A stretch of 64,000 bases of DNA from Candidatus Saganbacteria bacterium (GTDB taxonomy: Bacteria > Margulisbacteria > WOR-1 > O2-12-FULL-45-9). A program made the position numbers and the translations under genes. The stretch lies in the NCBI GenBank assembly GCA_016219705.1, contig JACRKQ010000024.1:479-64478 (forward strand). The letters are read 5' to 3'. The notes under the pieces were generated by a model. The model was not told where the DNA came from and did not search any database. It worked only from the letters and a program-made list of their open reading frames with translations. This document shows positions 48,366 through 56,019 of this stretch, one piece after another (position 1 is the stretch's first letter; every line of letters begins with the position of its first letter).

Positions 48366-49824
48366 TGAACGTTCTCACCATAACCCCCGTCGCCCCTTTG
48401 ACCAAATAGCCGCGCTCGGAATCCAGATAAGCCGTCCCGGCAATATCGATGTGAGCCCATTTAGTATCTTCAGCAAAAAGCTGTAAAAATAACCCCCCAA
48501 TAGATGTGCTGGCTTTCCCCTGCTCGGTGCAATTTTTAATATCGGCAATATCGCTCTTAGAATATTCTTTATACTCATCAAACAGCGGCAATTGCCATAG
48601 TTTTTCCCCGCTCCGTTTACCGGCGGAGATCAAAAGCTCGACTAATGGTTGGTCGTTACCCATGATGCCTGAAGCGACGTCCCCTAAAGCAATAACGCAC
48701 GCCCCAGTGAGAGTGGCCACATCAATGATTTGCTTCACTCCAAGTTTTTTAGCGTAGGTAATAGCATCCGCCAAAACCATCCGGCCTTCAGCATCAGTGG
48801 AGAGGATTTCAATCGTTTTGCCGGAAAGCGAGCCAACGACATCTCCCGGTTTTTGGGCGTCGCCAGCGGGCATATTTTCGGTGCAAGGTAAAAGACCGAC
48901 AACATTTTTTCTGATCCCAAGTTTGGCTATGGCCCGCATCGTCTCCAAAACTGCGGCCGCACCAGACATGTCGGTTTTCATCTGCCACATTTTATTAGCC
49001 GGTTTTATAGAAATCCCGCCGGAATCAAAGGTAATACCTTTGCCAACCAGAGCTATCTCCGGTTTCCCCTGGCCATATTTGATCGCGATAAATTTTGCGG
49101 GCTCTTTTGAACCCTTGGAAACAGAATAATAAGCATCCATCCCCAATTTCTTCGCTTCAGCCAAGCCCAACACCTGCACCTCTACTCCGGCAATCTTCTT
49201 GGCTTGATTTGCTAAATATGTGGGGGTAACGACGTTGGCCGGAGCATTAATCAGATCTCGCGCATTATTGACCGCCTGGGAAATTATTTCTCCAACTTTC
49301 AGGCCAGACACAATCGCTTTGATTTTGGCTGGAGCCAGTTCAATAACGCTTAAGTCCTGAACCTGAAAAAATGAATCATCTTTTTCTTTGGCGTAGCCTG
49401 GAAAATGGTAAGCCCCGAGCAAGCTTCCTTCTACTAAAGCTTGAGCTGCCGCCGGAAGTTCTAATCCACCCAAGCCGGCGCCATGAACAATCGTCGCCAC
49501 TTTTTTGGCCTTGATCCGTTTAGCTTCGCGAATTACAGCCGAAGCCGCAATTCTGACCCGATCTAAATCAAAATCTTTGCTCTCGCCTAAACCGACAACA
49601 ATTACCTGGGTCGCAGGTAATTTACCTTGAGTATGGATAAGATTGACTTCCCCTAATTTACCGGTTATTTCACCGCTTTTGATCAAAGCGGAAATTGCGC
49701 CATGCAAAGATTTGTCGACCACTCCAGTTGCTCCGCCGGGACTTTTTACCCCCGAAAACAAATTAATAGCTAAAAGGTCACATTTAAACTTGCTGACGGA
49801 ACCTGATTTGACAAGTATTTTCAT
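48346..49824 (-). CDS. pepA: Leucyl aminopeptidase (M17)
   Basis: VGKGITFDSGG and NTDAEGR-type STDAEGRMVLAD motifs. Confidence 0.94.
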   Translation of the reverse strand: MKILVKSGSVSKFKCDLLAINLFSGVKSPGGATGVVDKSLHGAISALIKSGEITGKLGEVNLIHTQGKLPATQVIVVGLGESKDFDLDRVRIAASAVIREAKRIKAKKVATIVHGAGLGGLELPAAAQALVEGSLLGAYHFPGYAKEKDDSFFQVQDLSVIELAPAKIKAIVSGLKVGEIISQAVNNARDLINAPANVVTPTYLANQAKKIAGVEVQVLGLAEAKKLGMDAYYSVSKGSKEPAKFIAIKYGQGKPEIALVGKGITFDSGGISIKPANKMWQMKTDMSGAAAVLETMRAIAKLGIRKNVVGLLPCTENMPAGDAQKPGDVVGSLSGKTIEILSTDAEGRMVLADAITYAKKLGVKQIIDVATLTGACVIALGDVASGIMGNDQPLVELLISAGKRSGEKLWQLPLFDEYKEYSKSDIADIKNCTEQGKASTSIGGLFLQLFAEDTKWAHIDIAGTAYLDSERGYLVKGATGVMVRTFIEYLRS

Positions 49825-49838
49825 TAGAATTACCTCCG

Positions 49839-50264
49839 TTATTTATCAAAAAATATCACGCTTTCGCGCTTGGCCGCTTCAGGGCTATCGGAACCATGAA
49901 TCAGATTTTTAATGCTGCCATCGGCCGTAAAAATGTTCTCCTCTTTCAAGTCGCCCCGAATAGTTCCTGCTTGCGCCTGTCGCGGATCGGTTGCTCCCAT
50001 AATCTGACGCAAATGATTAATCGCCTCTTCCCCCTGCAGCTGGCAAGCGAGAACCGGCCCGGAGATGATAAAATTAAGCAGACCCGGATAAAAATTTTTT
50101 CCGAAATGAGGAGCATATAAGTCGGCCGCCATTTCTGGTGTAACGGATAACTGTTTGGTTTGAATTATTTTTAAACCTGCTTTAGTAATGCGGTCAAGAA
50201 TTTCTTCCGTTAGACCGCGGGCTACTCCATCAGGCTTGATCATGCAGAAGGTGTGTTCTGGCAC
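49839..50264 (-). CDS. ndk: Nucleoside diphosphate kinase
   Basis: EHTFCMIKPDG and NLIHGSDS (active-site His). GTG start. Confidence 0.93.
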   Translation of the reverse strand: MPEHTFCMIKPDGVARGLTEEILDRITKAGLKIIQTKQLSVTPEMAADLYAPHFGKNFYPGLLNFIISGPVLACQLQGEEAINHLRQIMGATDPRQAQAGTIRGDLKEENIFTADGSIKNLIHGSDSPEAAKRESVIFFDK

Positions 50265-51681
50265 GTTTAATTGCTTCCTTTACTCGATTTGGAGCTGTTC
50301 CTCCGGGTAGATCTTTGGCGGCCACAGAGCTTTGGGCCGAAAGAATCCTGGTCGCATCATAGCCAAACTCGGGAGAAAAATCCTTCAATTGTTTTAGCGA
50401 AAGATATTCCAGTTCCATGTTCGATTCTTCACAATACGCCACAATTTCTCCCACAATTCGATGCGCTTCTCTAAAGGGAACATTATGACGAACAAGGTAA
50501 TAAGCTAGGTCTGTTGCCGTTAAATAACCTTTTTTGGCGGATTGAGTCATGCGGTCTCCATGAAAGGTTGTCGTCTTAATCATCTCGGCAAAAATTCCCA
50601 GGCAGGGCTTAACAGTATCAATCGCCCCAAAAAGCTGCTCTTTATCCTCTTGTAAATCGCGATTGTAGGTCAGGGGCAATCCTTTCATTATTGTTAACAA
50701 CGCCATTAAATGACCATAAACCCGTCCCGTTTTCCCGCGGACAAGTTCGGCCATATCAGGATTTTTCTTCTGCGGCATGATGGAAGAACCAGTCGCGTAT
50801 TGATCTGAAAGTTCGATGTAATCAAACTCCCAGGTCGACCAGATCATAATCTCTTCCGCAAAACGCGATAAATGCATCATTAAGATTGAACAGGCCGTCA
50901 AAAAGGCAATGGCAAAGTCACGGTCAGAAACCGCGTCCATGCTGTTGGCAGAAATCCTGGCAAACCCCAGATCTTTAGCGAGCTGTTCCCTCTCTATCGA
51001 GAAACTTGTCCCAGCCAAAGCAGCAGAACCAAGCGGCATAACATCGATCTCTTCCCCAACTGAAAAAAATCGTTTTTTATCCCTCTTCAGCATTTCAAAA
51101 TAAGCCATCAGATGATGCGATAAAAGGACCGGCTGGGCGCGCTGCATATGGGTATAACCGGGAACAATAACTTTAATATTGATTTCTGCTAAATCAAGCA
51201 ATATTTCCTGGAATTTATGGATCAAAACCGTTATTTCCGTCACTTCATATTTCAGGTACATGCGCAAATCGGTTACAACCTGATCGTTGCGCGAACGACC
51301 AGAATGTAGTTTTTTACCCATGTCCCCCACCTCGGCAATCAACAGCGCTTCAATATTCATATGGGCATCTTCCAGCGCCACATTGAGTTTAATTTTTCCG
51401 GCCGCAAATTCTTTTAAAATTGCTTCTAGCGCCTTGATGATTTTTTGACATTCACTGCCGGTTAAGATTTTGGCCCGAACTAGCGCCCGAGCATAAGCAA
51501 TATTCTGGACAATATCCTGTTTAAATAAACGGACATCAAAATGAATCGAGCTGGAAAATTCCTCGGCTGATTTAGCCAGGGGCTGACGAAATCTCCCTGC
51601 CCAGGGCTTCTGTGACTTTGAACTTTGAACTTTGGGTTTTGAGTTTTGAAATTTGGGATTTGATGTAAGATGTTTAGCCAT
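50230..51681 (-). CDS. argH: Argininosuccinate lyase with a repeat-encoded N-terminal extension
   Basis: WAGRF...FDVRL, GYTHMQRAQP and the GSSIMPQKKNPD signature. ATG at 51681 has a GGAGG SD 9 nt upstream. The ORF-track start at 51813 is unlikely. Confidence 0.93.
   Translation of the reverse strand: MAKHLTSNPKFQNSKPKVQSSKSQKPWAGRFRQPLAKSAEEFSSSIHFDVRLFKQDIVQNIAYARALVRAKILTGSECQKIIKALEAILKEFAAGKIKLNVALEDAHMNIEALLIAEVGDMGKKLHSGRSRNDQVVTDLRMYLKYEVTEITVLIHKFQEILLDLAEINIKVIVPGYTHMQRAQPVLLSHHLMAYFEMLKRDKKRFFSVGEEIDVMPLGSAALAGTSFSIEREQLAKDLGFARISANSMDAVSDRDFAIAFLTACSILMMHLSRFAEEIMIWSTWEFDYIELSDQYATGSSIMPQKKNPDMAELVRGKTGRVYGHLMALLTIMKGLPLTYNRDLQEDKEQLFGAIDTVKPCLGIFAEMIKTTTFHGDRMTQSAKKGYLTATDLAYYLVRHNVPFREAHRIVGEIVAYCEESNMELEYLSLKQLKDFSPEFGYDATRILSAQSSVAAKDLPGGTAPNRVKEAIKRARTHLLHDQA
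51614..51662. repeat. Heptanucleotide tandem repeat (GACTTTG AACTTTG AACTTTG GGTTTTG AGTTTTG AAATTTG GGATTTG)
   Basis: Seven 7-nt units inside the 5' end of argH, encoding NPKFQNSKPKVQSSKSQ. Confidence 0.9.
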
Positions 51682-51861
51682 GATTATATTGCCTCCAATA
51701 TTGCAGCTACCGACTAATTTTGCTTGTTTGACAATTCCCTGACTGATTATTTCTTTATGCTCAACTTCTTCTACCTTTCCTCTAGTTACCATTTGGTGTA
51801 AACATTTTAACACATCTAAAAACCTGTTAACAACGGCTGTAATTAGAAATTTTACCGTCCA

Positions 51862-52308
51862 TTACCAGCATCTAAAATCATTTGGCCAATAATCACCGTC
51901 AAAAACAGACACAATATATTTTCCCGATTGACCACTAATTTTCTCAACATCTATAAAATTCGGATCGTGAGTCCCCAATCCCCTAAATTGCGATGTGAAC
52001 ATATTATCTATTTCCGGCACTTCAATACTATATTGGCTATAGAATTTTTTTAACTGATTAAAAGTCAACGAAGAAACAATTTTGAATTCCGCATAATAAT
52101 CACCATGTTTACTGCAAGGCCCAAGATTACCAAATTGTTTAATAAATTTACCCGCCCTCTTTGTCTCGGGTGGCAGAGGAATTTTGATTAATTGGTCTGC
52201 AAAAGAATTTAACCGATAATTATTTATGAAATAAGGAAAAGGAAAGCCAGCGACCCATAAAATCCAGCCGACAAAAATAATAATAATTAGTTGTAAAATT
52301 TTTCTCAT
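51862..52308 (-). CDS. Hypothetical membrane-anchored protein (148 aa), AT-rich
   Basis: N-terminal TM segment (LQLIIIIFVGWILWVAGF). 4-nt overlap with the upstream gene. Confidence 0.65.
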   Translation of the reverse strand: MRKILQLIIIIFVGWILWVAGFPFPYFINNYRLNSFADQLIKIPLPPETKRAGKFIKQFGNLGPCSKHGDYYAEFKIVSSLTFNQLKKFYSQYSIEVPEIDNMFTSQFRGLGTHDPNFIDVEKISGQSGKYIVSVFDGDYWPNDFRCW

Positions 52309-53177
52309 TTCAATGTTGATCTCGCAATTTGATAAAATTCAGTTGAAACCTGAAGGCATCTTTTCGTTTCGGCTTCCTTTAAGTCTCTGGCATAGCCAGC
52401 TGAATAGAGATAAGCTAAAATTTTAGGCTGTTTCGATGTGTCAATTCTCTTTTTCTGCCAATAATCTATTGACAATTTGATTGCAGCCGCCGCGAACTGA
52501 ACGGAATGCTTTGGCTGATACAAATAAAAACTGATAAGCAAAGAAGTCGATTTGTCATCTAATTTGCCTGGTGCGGGGTTATAATATTGCTTTTTGATAA
52601 TCTCTCTGGCCGTGCTTATTTTGATTTGGGCGATACCAATCGAGGTGTTTTTTATATCCAATGCTCCCAGCCAATCCAACCAGTCATCCCAGCCTTTTCG
52701 GCAGAACTCGTCAATTAAAATCGCACCAAGTATATATTTATCAATCTTTTGTTTTTGAGCGGCCTCTCGAACAAGACCTTTAAACTTTTTGAGATGAGCC
52801 CCGACATCATCATATGTTCTAGTTGAGAAAAAGTCACCTTGATCGTCTCTGACTAGGACTTTTTGTTTTAATTGCTGTTTCCGGCGAAGATCATCGTATA
52901 ATTTAATTTTTTTATTCGAGGTCGCATTGATATAGTTTTTATACAAGGAAAATAATTCATTGCTTGAAATTGATTGATTAGAGATGTTATCAATGGTTTT
53001 TGTGTTTGGTCTAGTTTTAATGAAGATTTTATTATTTCTTTTTGCTAAGAATAAATTATTAATTCTTTCCTTTTTTATGAGCGCAATAATTTCTTCTTTA
53101 GAATATATTTTCAGCTTATCATCGACAAATAATTCTTTATTCGACGGTTTATTGGCAACCCTAAGAATAATATTCAC
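52305..53177 (-). CDS. Hypothetical protein (290 aa) with lysozyme/SLT-like C-terminal motif order, AT-rich
   Basis: The ILIDEF (Glu) ... TSIGIAQIKISTA ... ILAYLYSAGY order resembles the SLT E...GLxQ...TA...AYNxG pattern. No signal peptide. Confidence 0.6.
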   Translation of the reverse strand: MNIILRVANKPSNKELFVDDKLKIYSKEEIIALIKKERINNLFLAKRNNKIFIKTRPNTKTIDNISNQSISSNELFSLYKNYINATSNKKIKLYDDLRRKQQLKQKVLVRDDQGDFFSTRTYDDVGAHLKKFKGLVREAAQKQKIDKYILGAILIDEFCRKGWDDWLDWLGALDIKNTSIGIAQIKISTAREIIKKQYYNPAPGKLDDKSTSLLISFYLYQPKHSVQFAAAAIKLSIDYWQKKRIDTSKQPKILAYLYSAGYARDLKEAETKRCLQVSTEFYQIARSTLK

Positions 53178-53215
53178 AAAGTAATAGTAGCATGGCAGAT
53201 TGAGGATAACAACAA

Positions 53216-53236
53216 GATGAAGAATGATTCTTCATC
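53216..53236 (-). terminator. Palindrome GATGAAGAAT-G-ATTCTTCATC downstream of argG (terminator or operator)
   Basis: Perfect 10-bp inverted repeat. On the minus strand it is followed by CUUGUUGUUAUCC (only moderately U-rich). Confidence 0.35.
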
Positions 53237-53282
53237 CCGGACGATCTTATCCCGCAGTCACAACTGATAGGAGAAGCTAGTT

Positions 53283-54479
53283 TCACTTTTTCTTCAGTTT
53301 AGCCTGCACTTTAATGGGCAAGCCAAACAGATTAATAAAGCCTTCAGCGTCTTTTTGATTGTAGATCTCTTCCCGCTCAAACGTCGCCAAATCCGGTCGA
53401 TAAAGCGATTGTGCTGATTGACGTCCGACAACAATACAATTTCCTTTATATAATTTCAGACGGACCGCTCCACTTACACTTTGCTGTGTCTTATTGATGA
53501 ACGCATCCAATGATTCTTTAAGCGGCGTAAACCAGAGACCGTTATAGACTACTTCAGCATATTTGGCCGCGAGTTGTTGTTTATAATGCCAGGTGTCACG
53601 ATCAAGAGTGATAGATTCTAAAGCGTGATGAGCCAGGTAAATTAACGTACCGCCAGGCGTTTCGTAAACCCCGCGCGACTTGATCCCGACCAGGCGATTT
53701 TCAACGATATCTACCCGACCAATGCCATGTTTTCCGCCAATTTTATTCAACAATTTAATTAATTCAACCGGCGAAAAAGCGTCCCCATTAATGCCAACAG
53801 GTTCGCCTTTTGAAAATTTAATTTCAATATATTCCGGTTTTCCTGGCGCTTCCTCCGGAGAATTGGAAAGAAGAAACATCTCTTCGTTCGGTTCAAACCA
53901 GGGATCTTCCAAAATTCCGCCCTCATAACTAATATGCCAGAGATTACGGTCTGATGAATAAGGCTTGCTTTTGCTGACGGGGACAGGAATATTGCGTTCT
54001 TTAGCGTATTCAAGCTCTTCTTCTCGTCCTTTAATCTCCCACTCCCGCCAGGGAGCGATAATCTTAAGATCGGGTGCTAAAGCCTTATAAGTTAATTCAA
54101 ATCGGACCTGATCGTTGCCTTTGCCCGTTGATCCATGGGCCACCGCATCCGCTTTTTCTTTTTTGGCAATCTCGACCTGACGTTTAGCAATTAACGGCCG
54201 GGCGATAGAGGTCCCGAGCAGATATCGCCCTTCATAAATCGCGCCGGATTTAATCATCGGCAATAGAAAGTCTTTGGCAAACTCTTTGGTTAAATCTTCA
54301 ATGTAAATTTTCGAGGCCCCGGTATTTAGCGCTTTAGTTCTTAGGTTCTTTAGTTCTTCCTCCTGCCCGACATCAGCCGCAAAAGCCACAACTTCACAAT
54401 GATAATGTTCCTTGATCCAGGGAATCATAACGGAAGTATCTAAACCACCGGAATAAGCGAGCACAACTTTCTTAATCAT
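53283..54479 (-). CDS. argG: Argininosuccinate synthase
   Basis: AYSGGLDTS, the [12 protein letters not shown]-type [14 protein letters not shown], and a full-length 398 aa. Confidence 0.96.
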   Translation of the reverse strand: MIKKVVLAYSGGLDTSVMIPWIKEHYHCEVVAFAADVGQEEELKNLRTKALNTGASKIYIEDLTKEFAKDFLLPMIKSGAIYEGRYLLGTSIARPLIAKRQVEIAKKEKADAVAHGSTGKGNDQVRFELTYKALAPDLKIIAPWREWEIKGREEELEYAKERNIPVPVSKSKPYSSDRNLWHISYEGGILEDPWFEPNEEMFLLSNSPEEAPGKPEYIEIKFSKGEPVGINGDAFSPVELIKLLNKIGGKHGIGRVDIVENRLVGIKSRGVYETPGGTLIYLAHHALESITLDRDTWHYKQQLAAKYAEVVYNGLWFTPLKESLDAFINKTQQSVSGAVRLKLYKGNCIVVGRQSAQSLYRPDLATFEREEIYNQKDAEGFINLFGLPIKVQAKLKKK

Positions 54480-54480
54480 T

Positions 54481-54879
54481 TTATTTACTCCCTACTAAAT
54501 TACGAATTAATTGACATATTTTTTCTGCGATTATTAAGCTCTTGTGAGCCTCTTCTGATGTTACTTTTTCTCCGGTTGGATATATCAATTGTGGCAATAG
54601 ATCGTCAAGAAAATAAATATCCTCAAAAATATCTTTTGTGCCCTTAATGGAAACAACTTCGCAGGCCAGACGGAAAAGCTCCTTTAAGTCGTGGATAAAA
54701 GGGAATCTTCTGTCGTTTTTCAGTAAAACCCATTTGAATATTTTTTCAACCGCCTGGTGAGAATGGTAAACAGAGATATGATAGTTATCGCTTTTTTCTA
54801 ATATCAGCTTGGCCGATTCCAGATCATCAATCGCATATTGCAACCATTCATCAATAACCAGAGACTTTTCATCTTCCAT
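54481..54879 (-). CDS. HEPN domain protein (toxin of a HEPN-MNT pair)
   Basis: 132 aa with an R-x4-H motif (RRFPFIHDL). Overlaps the upstream MNT gene by 11 nt. Confidence 0.8.
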   Translation of the reverse strand: MEDEKSLVIDEWLQYAIDDLESAKLILEKSDNYHISVYHSHQAVEKIFKWVLLKNDRRFPFIHDLKELFRLACEVVSIKGTKDIFEDIYFLDDLLPQLIYPTGEKVTSEEAHKSLIIAEKICQLIRNLVGSK

Positions 54880-55183
54880 AGACTTTTATACCTTTATTAA
54901 ATATTTCATATTGAATACTACCCCAAATATTACTCCGTTTATTAAAATTGACTTTATTAAACAAAAGCAAATCAATAGGAACACCAATATTAAATAAACT
55001 TTTCTTGGCTTTTAATAACAATTGATGCTTATCAGCAATCTCATTTTTGATAATACAGACATCCAAATCGCTATGTTCCTTTGTCTTACCAGAGACATAA
55101 CTGCCAAACAAATATATTTCATCAGGTTCGATGGATTTTTTAATGTTTTCTACAACTTCTTCCGCTTTTTCTCTAGTAATCAT
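54869..55183 (-). CDS. Minimal nucleotidyltransferase (MNT) domain protein
   Basis: LFGSYVSGKTKEHSDLDVCII (GS-x-G...DxD) motif. Confidence 0.85.
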   Translation of the reverse strand: MITREKAEEVVENIKKSIEPDEIYLFGSYVSGKTKEHSDLDVCIIKNEIADKHQLLLKAKKSLFNIGVPIDLLLFNKVNFNKRSNIWGSIQYEIFNKGIKVYGR

Positions 55184-55280
55184 TAGTGTTTTTAACCTGT
55201 TTGTTCTATTTTACTCAATATTTACAAAACAAGCAATAACTGAAATTTCCCCCAATTTCTGTCGATAATATTATAGCTGA

Positions 55281-55337
55281 ACATTAACCAGTCCGCAAAA
55301 CATTAACCAGTTCGCAAAACATTAACCAGTCCGCAAC
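55281..55337. repeat. Three contiguous 19-bp tandem repeats (ACATTAACCAGTCCGCAAA)
   Basis: Units at 55281, 55300 and 55319. The middle unit has one substitution (T for C). Confidence 0.9.
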
Positions 55338-55372
55338 GGCGCGAGGTCCTAGGAATTAAGGGGGAAATAATA

Positions 55373-55456
55373 ATGCAAGCGTCACAAATAAAAAGGTTGG
55401 TGAGAAGTTTAACAGCTGCTTTAAGTAGCGGGGATCAAATGGGACAATCAGTATAA
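55373..55456 (+). CDS. Candidate small ORF (27 aa)
   Basis: ATG is preceded by an AAGGGGG SD at 8 nt. MQASQIKRLVRSLTAALSSGDQMGQSV. No homology evidence. Confidence 0.3.
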   Translation: MQASQIKRLVRSLTAALSSGDQMGQSV

Positions 55457-55619
55457 GCTGGTTTCGTCTCATTTATATACCAGGAGCTAACAATATAAAA
55501 ATCAAGTGATTTTTGGTTTCTGCAATTAGAACTGACGGGAGGTTCGAAGCCCTCCATCGAAGGGCAGCGATTGACAATACCGTCCAAACAACCCGCAGCT
55601 TTTTCCCTTTCAATCTTTT

Positions 55620-55648
55620 TTGATAAGTGTCGCAGAAACGGTTATAAT
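55620..55648 (+). promoter_or_regulatory. Sigma70-like promoter (TTGATA-N17-TATAAT)
   Basis: Near-consensus hexamers with a 17-nt spacer. The predicted TSS falls at about 55655. Confidence 0.4.
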
Positions 55649-55655
55649 ATTTACA

Positions 55656-55841
55656 GTGAACAAAATTATTCTGGCTTTAGCGATTGTTTCTTCTATCAGT
55701 TTTTTCGATGCGGCACAGGCTTTCGATTCTCCCAAATTAATCGGCGAAACAGATATGATAATCTCAAAAGAATTCCGCGACGCTAATCCGGTAAACTGGG
55801 GCGCGGGCAGCGACCCTTCTGACTGGGTAACGCTTAATTGA
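55656..55841 (+). CDS. Candidate small secreted protein (61 aa), possibly leaderless GTG start
   Basis: The in-frame GTG at 55656 gives the signal-peptide-like NKIILALAIVSSISFFDAAQA followed by a ~40-aa mature part. The longer ORF-track start (55620) overlaps the promoter. Confidence 0.35.
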   Translation: MNKIILALAIVSSISFFDAAQAFDSPKLIGETDMIISKEFRDANPVNWGAGSDPSDWVTLN

Positions 55842-55907
55842 TTTAGCAAAAGTGTTGGCTCTTTCTATACAGCCAACAAAAGCTAGATAACATAGGGAGG
55901 TGATATC

Positions 55908-56015
55908 ATGGCAAATAAAGAACATGGCAACAGCAAGAACGTTAAAAAAGTGGCAAAATTATCCCTTAAAGAAAAGCGCGCGTTAAAGAGAGAAAAACAG
56001 GCCCATAAAATTTAA
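55908..56015 (+). CDS. Small basic protein / upstream ORF (35 aa) 4 nt before the ABC-F gene
   Basis: Strong SD GGGAGGTGA 6 nt upstream of the ATG. MANKEHGNSKNVKKVAKLSLKEKRALKREKQAHKI. Confidence 0.45.
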   Translation: MANKEHGNSKNVKKVAKLSLKEKRALKREKQAHKI

Positions 56016-56019
56016 TTTA

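Noticed and set aside
51682-51813. The 44-codon N-terminal extension of argH offered by the ORF track (start 51813).
   Set aside because: The extension has no similarity to ArgH. The internal ATG at 51681 has a GGAGG SD at ideal spacing, so the extension is probably untranslated leader.
54331-54356. Apparent 8-bp periodic repeat (TTTAGTTC TTAGGTTC TTTAGTTC) inside argG.
   Set aside because: There are only three imperfect units. The encoded [15 protein letters not shown] aligns, from memory, with the normal ArgG sequence without an insertion. It is most likely chance or codon choice rather than a repeat element.
55281-55337. The 19-bp tandem repeat considered as a CRISPR array.
   Set aside because: The units are contiguous with no spacers, there are only three of them, and no cas genes are nearby.
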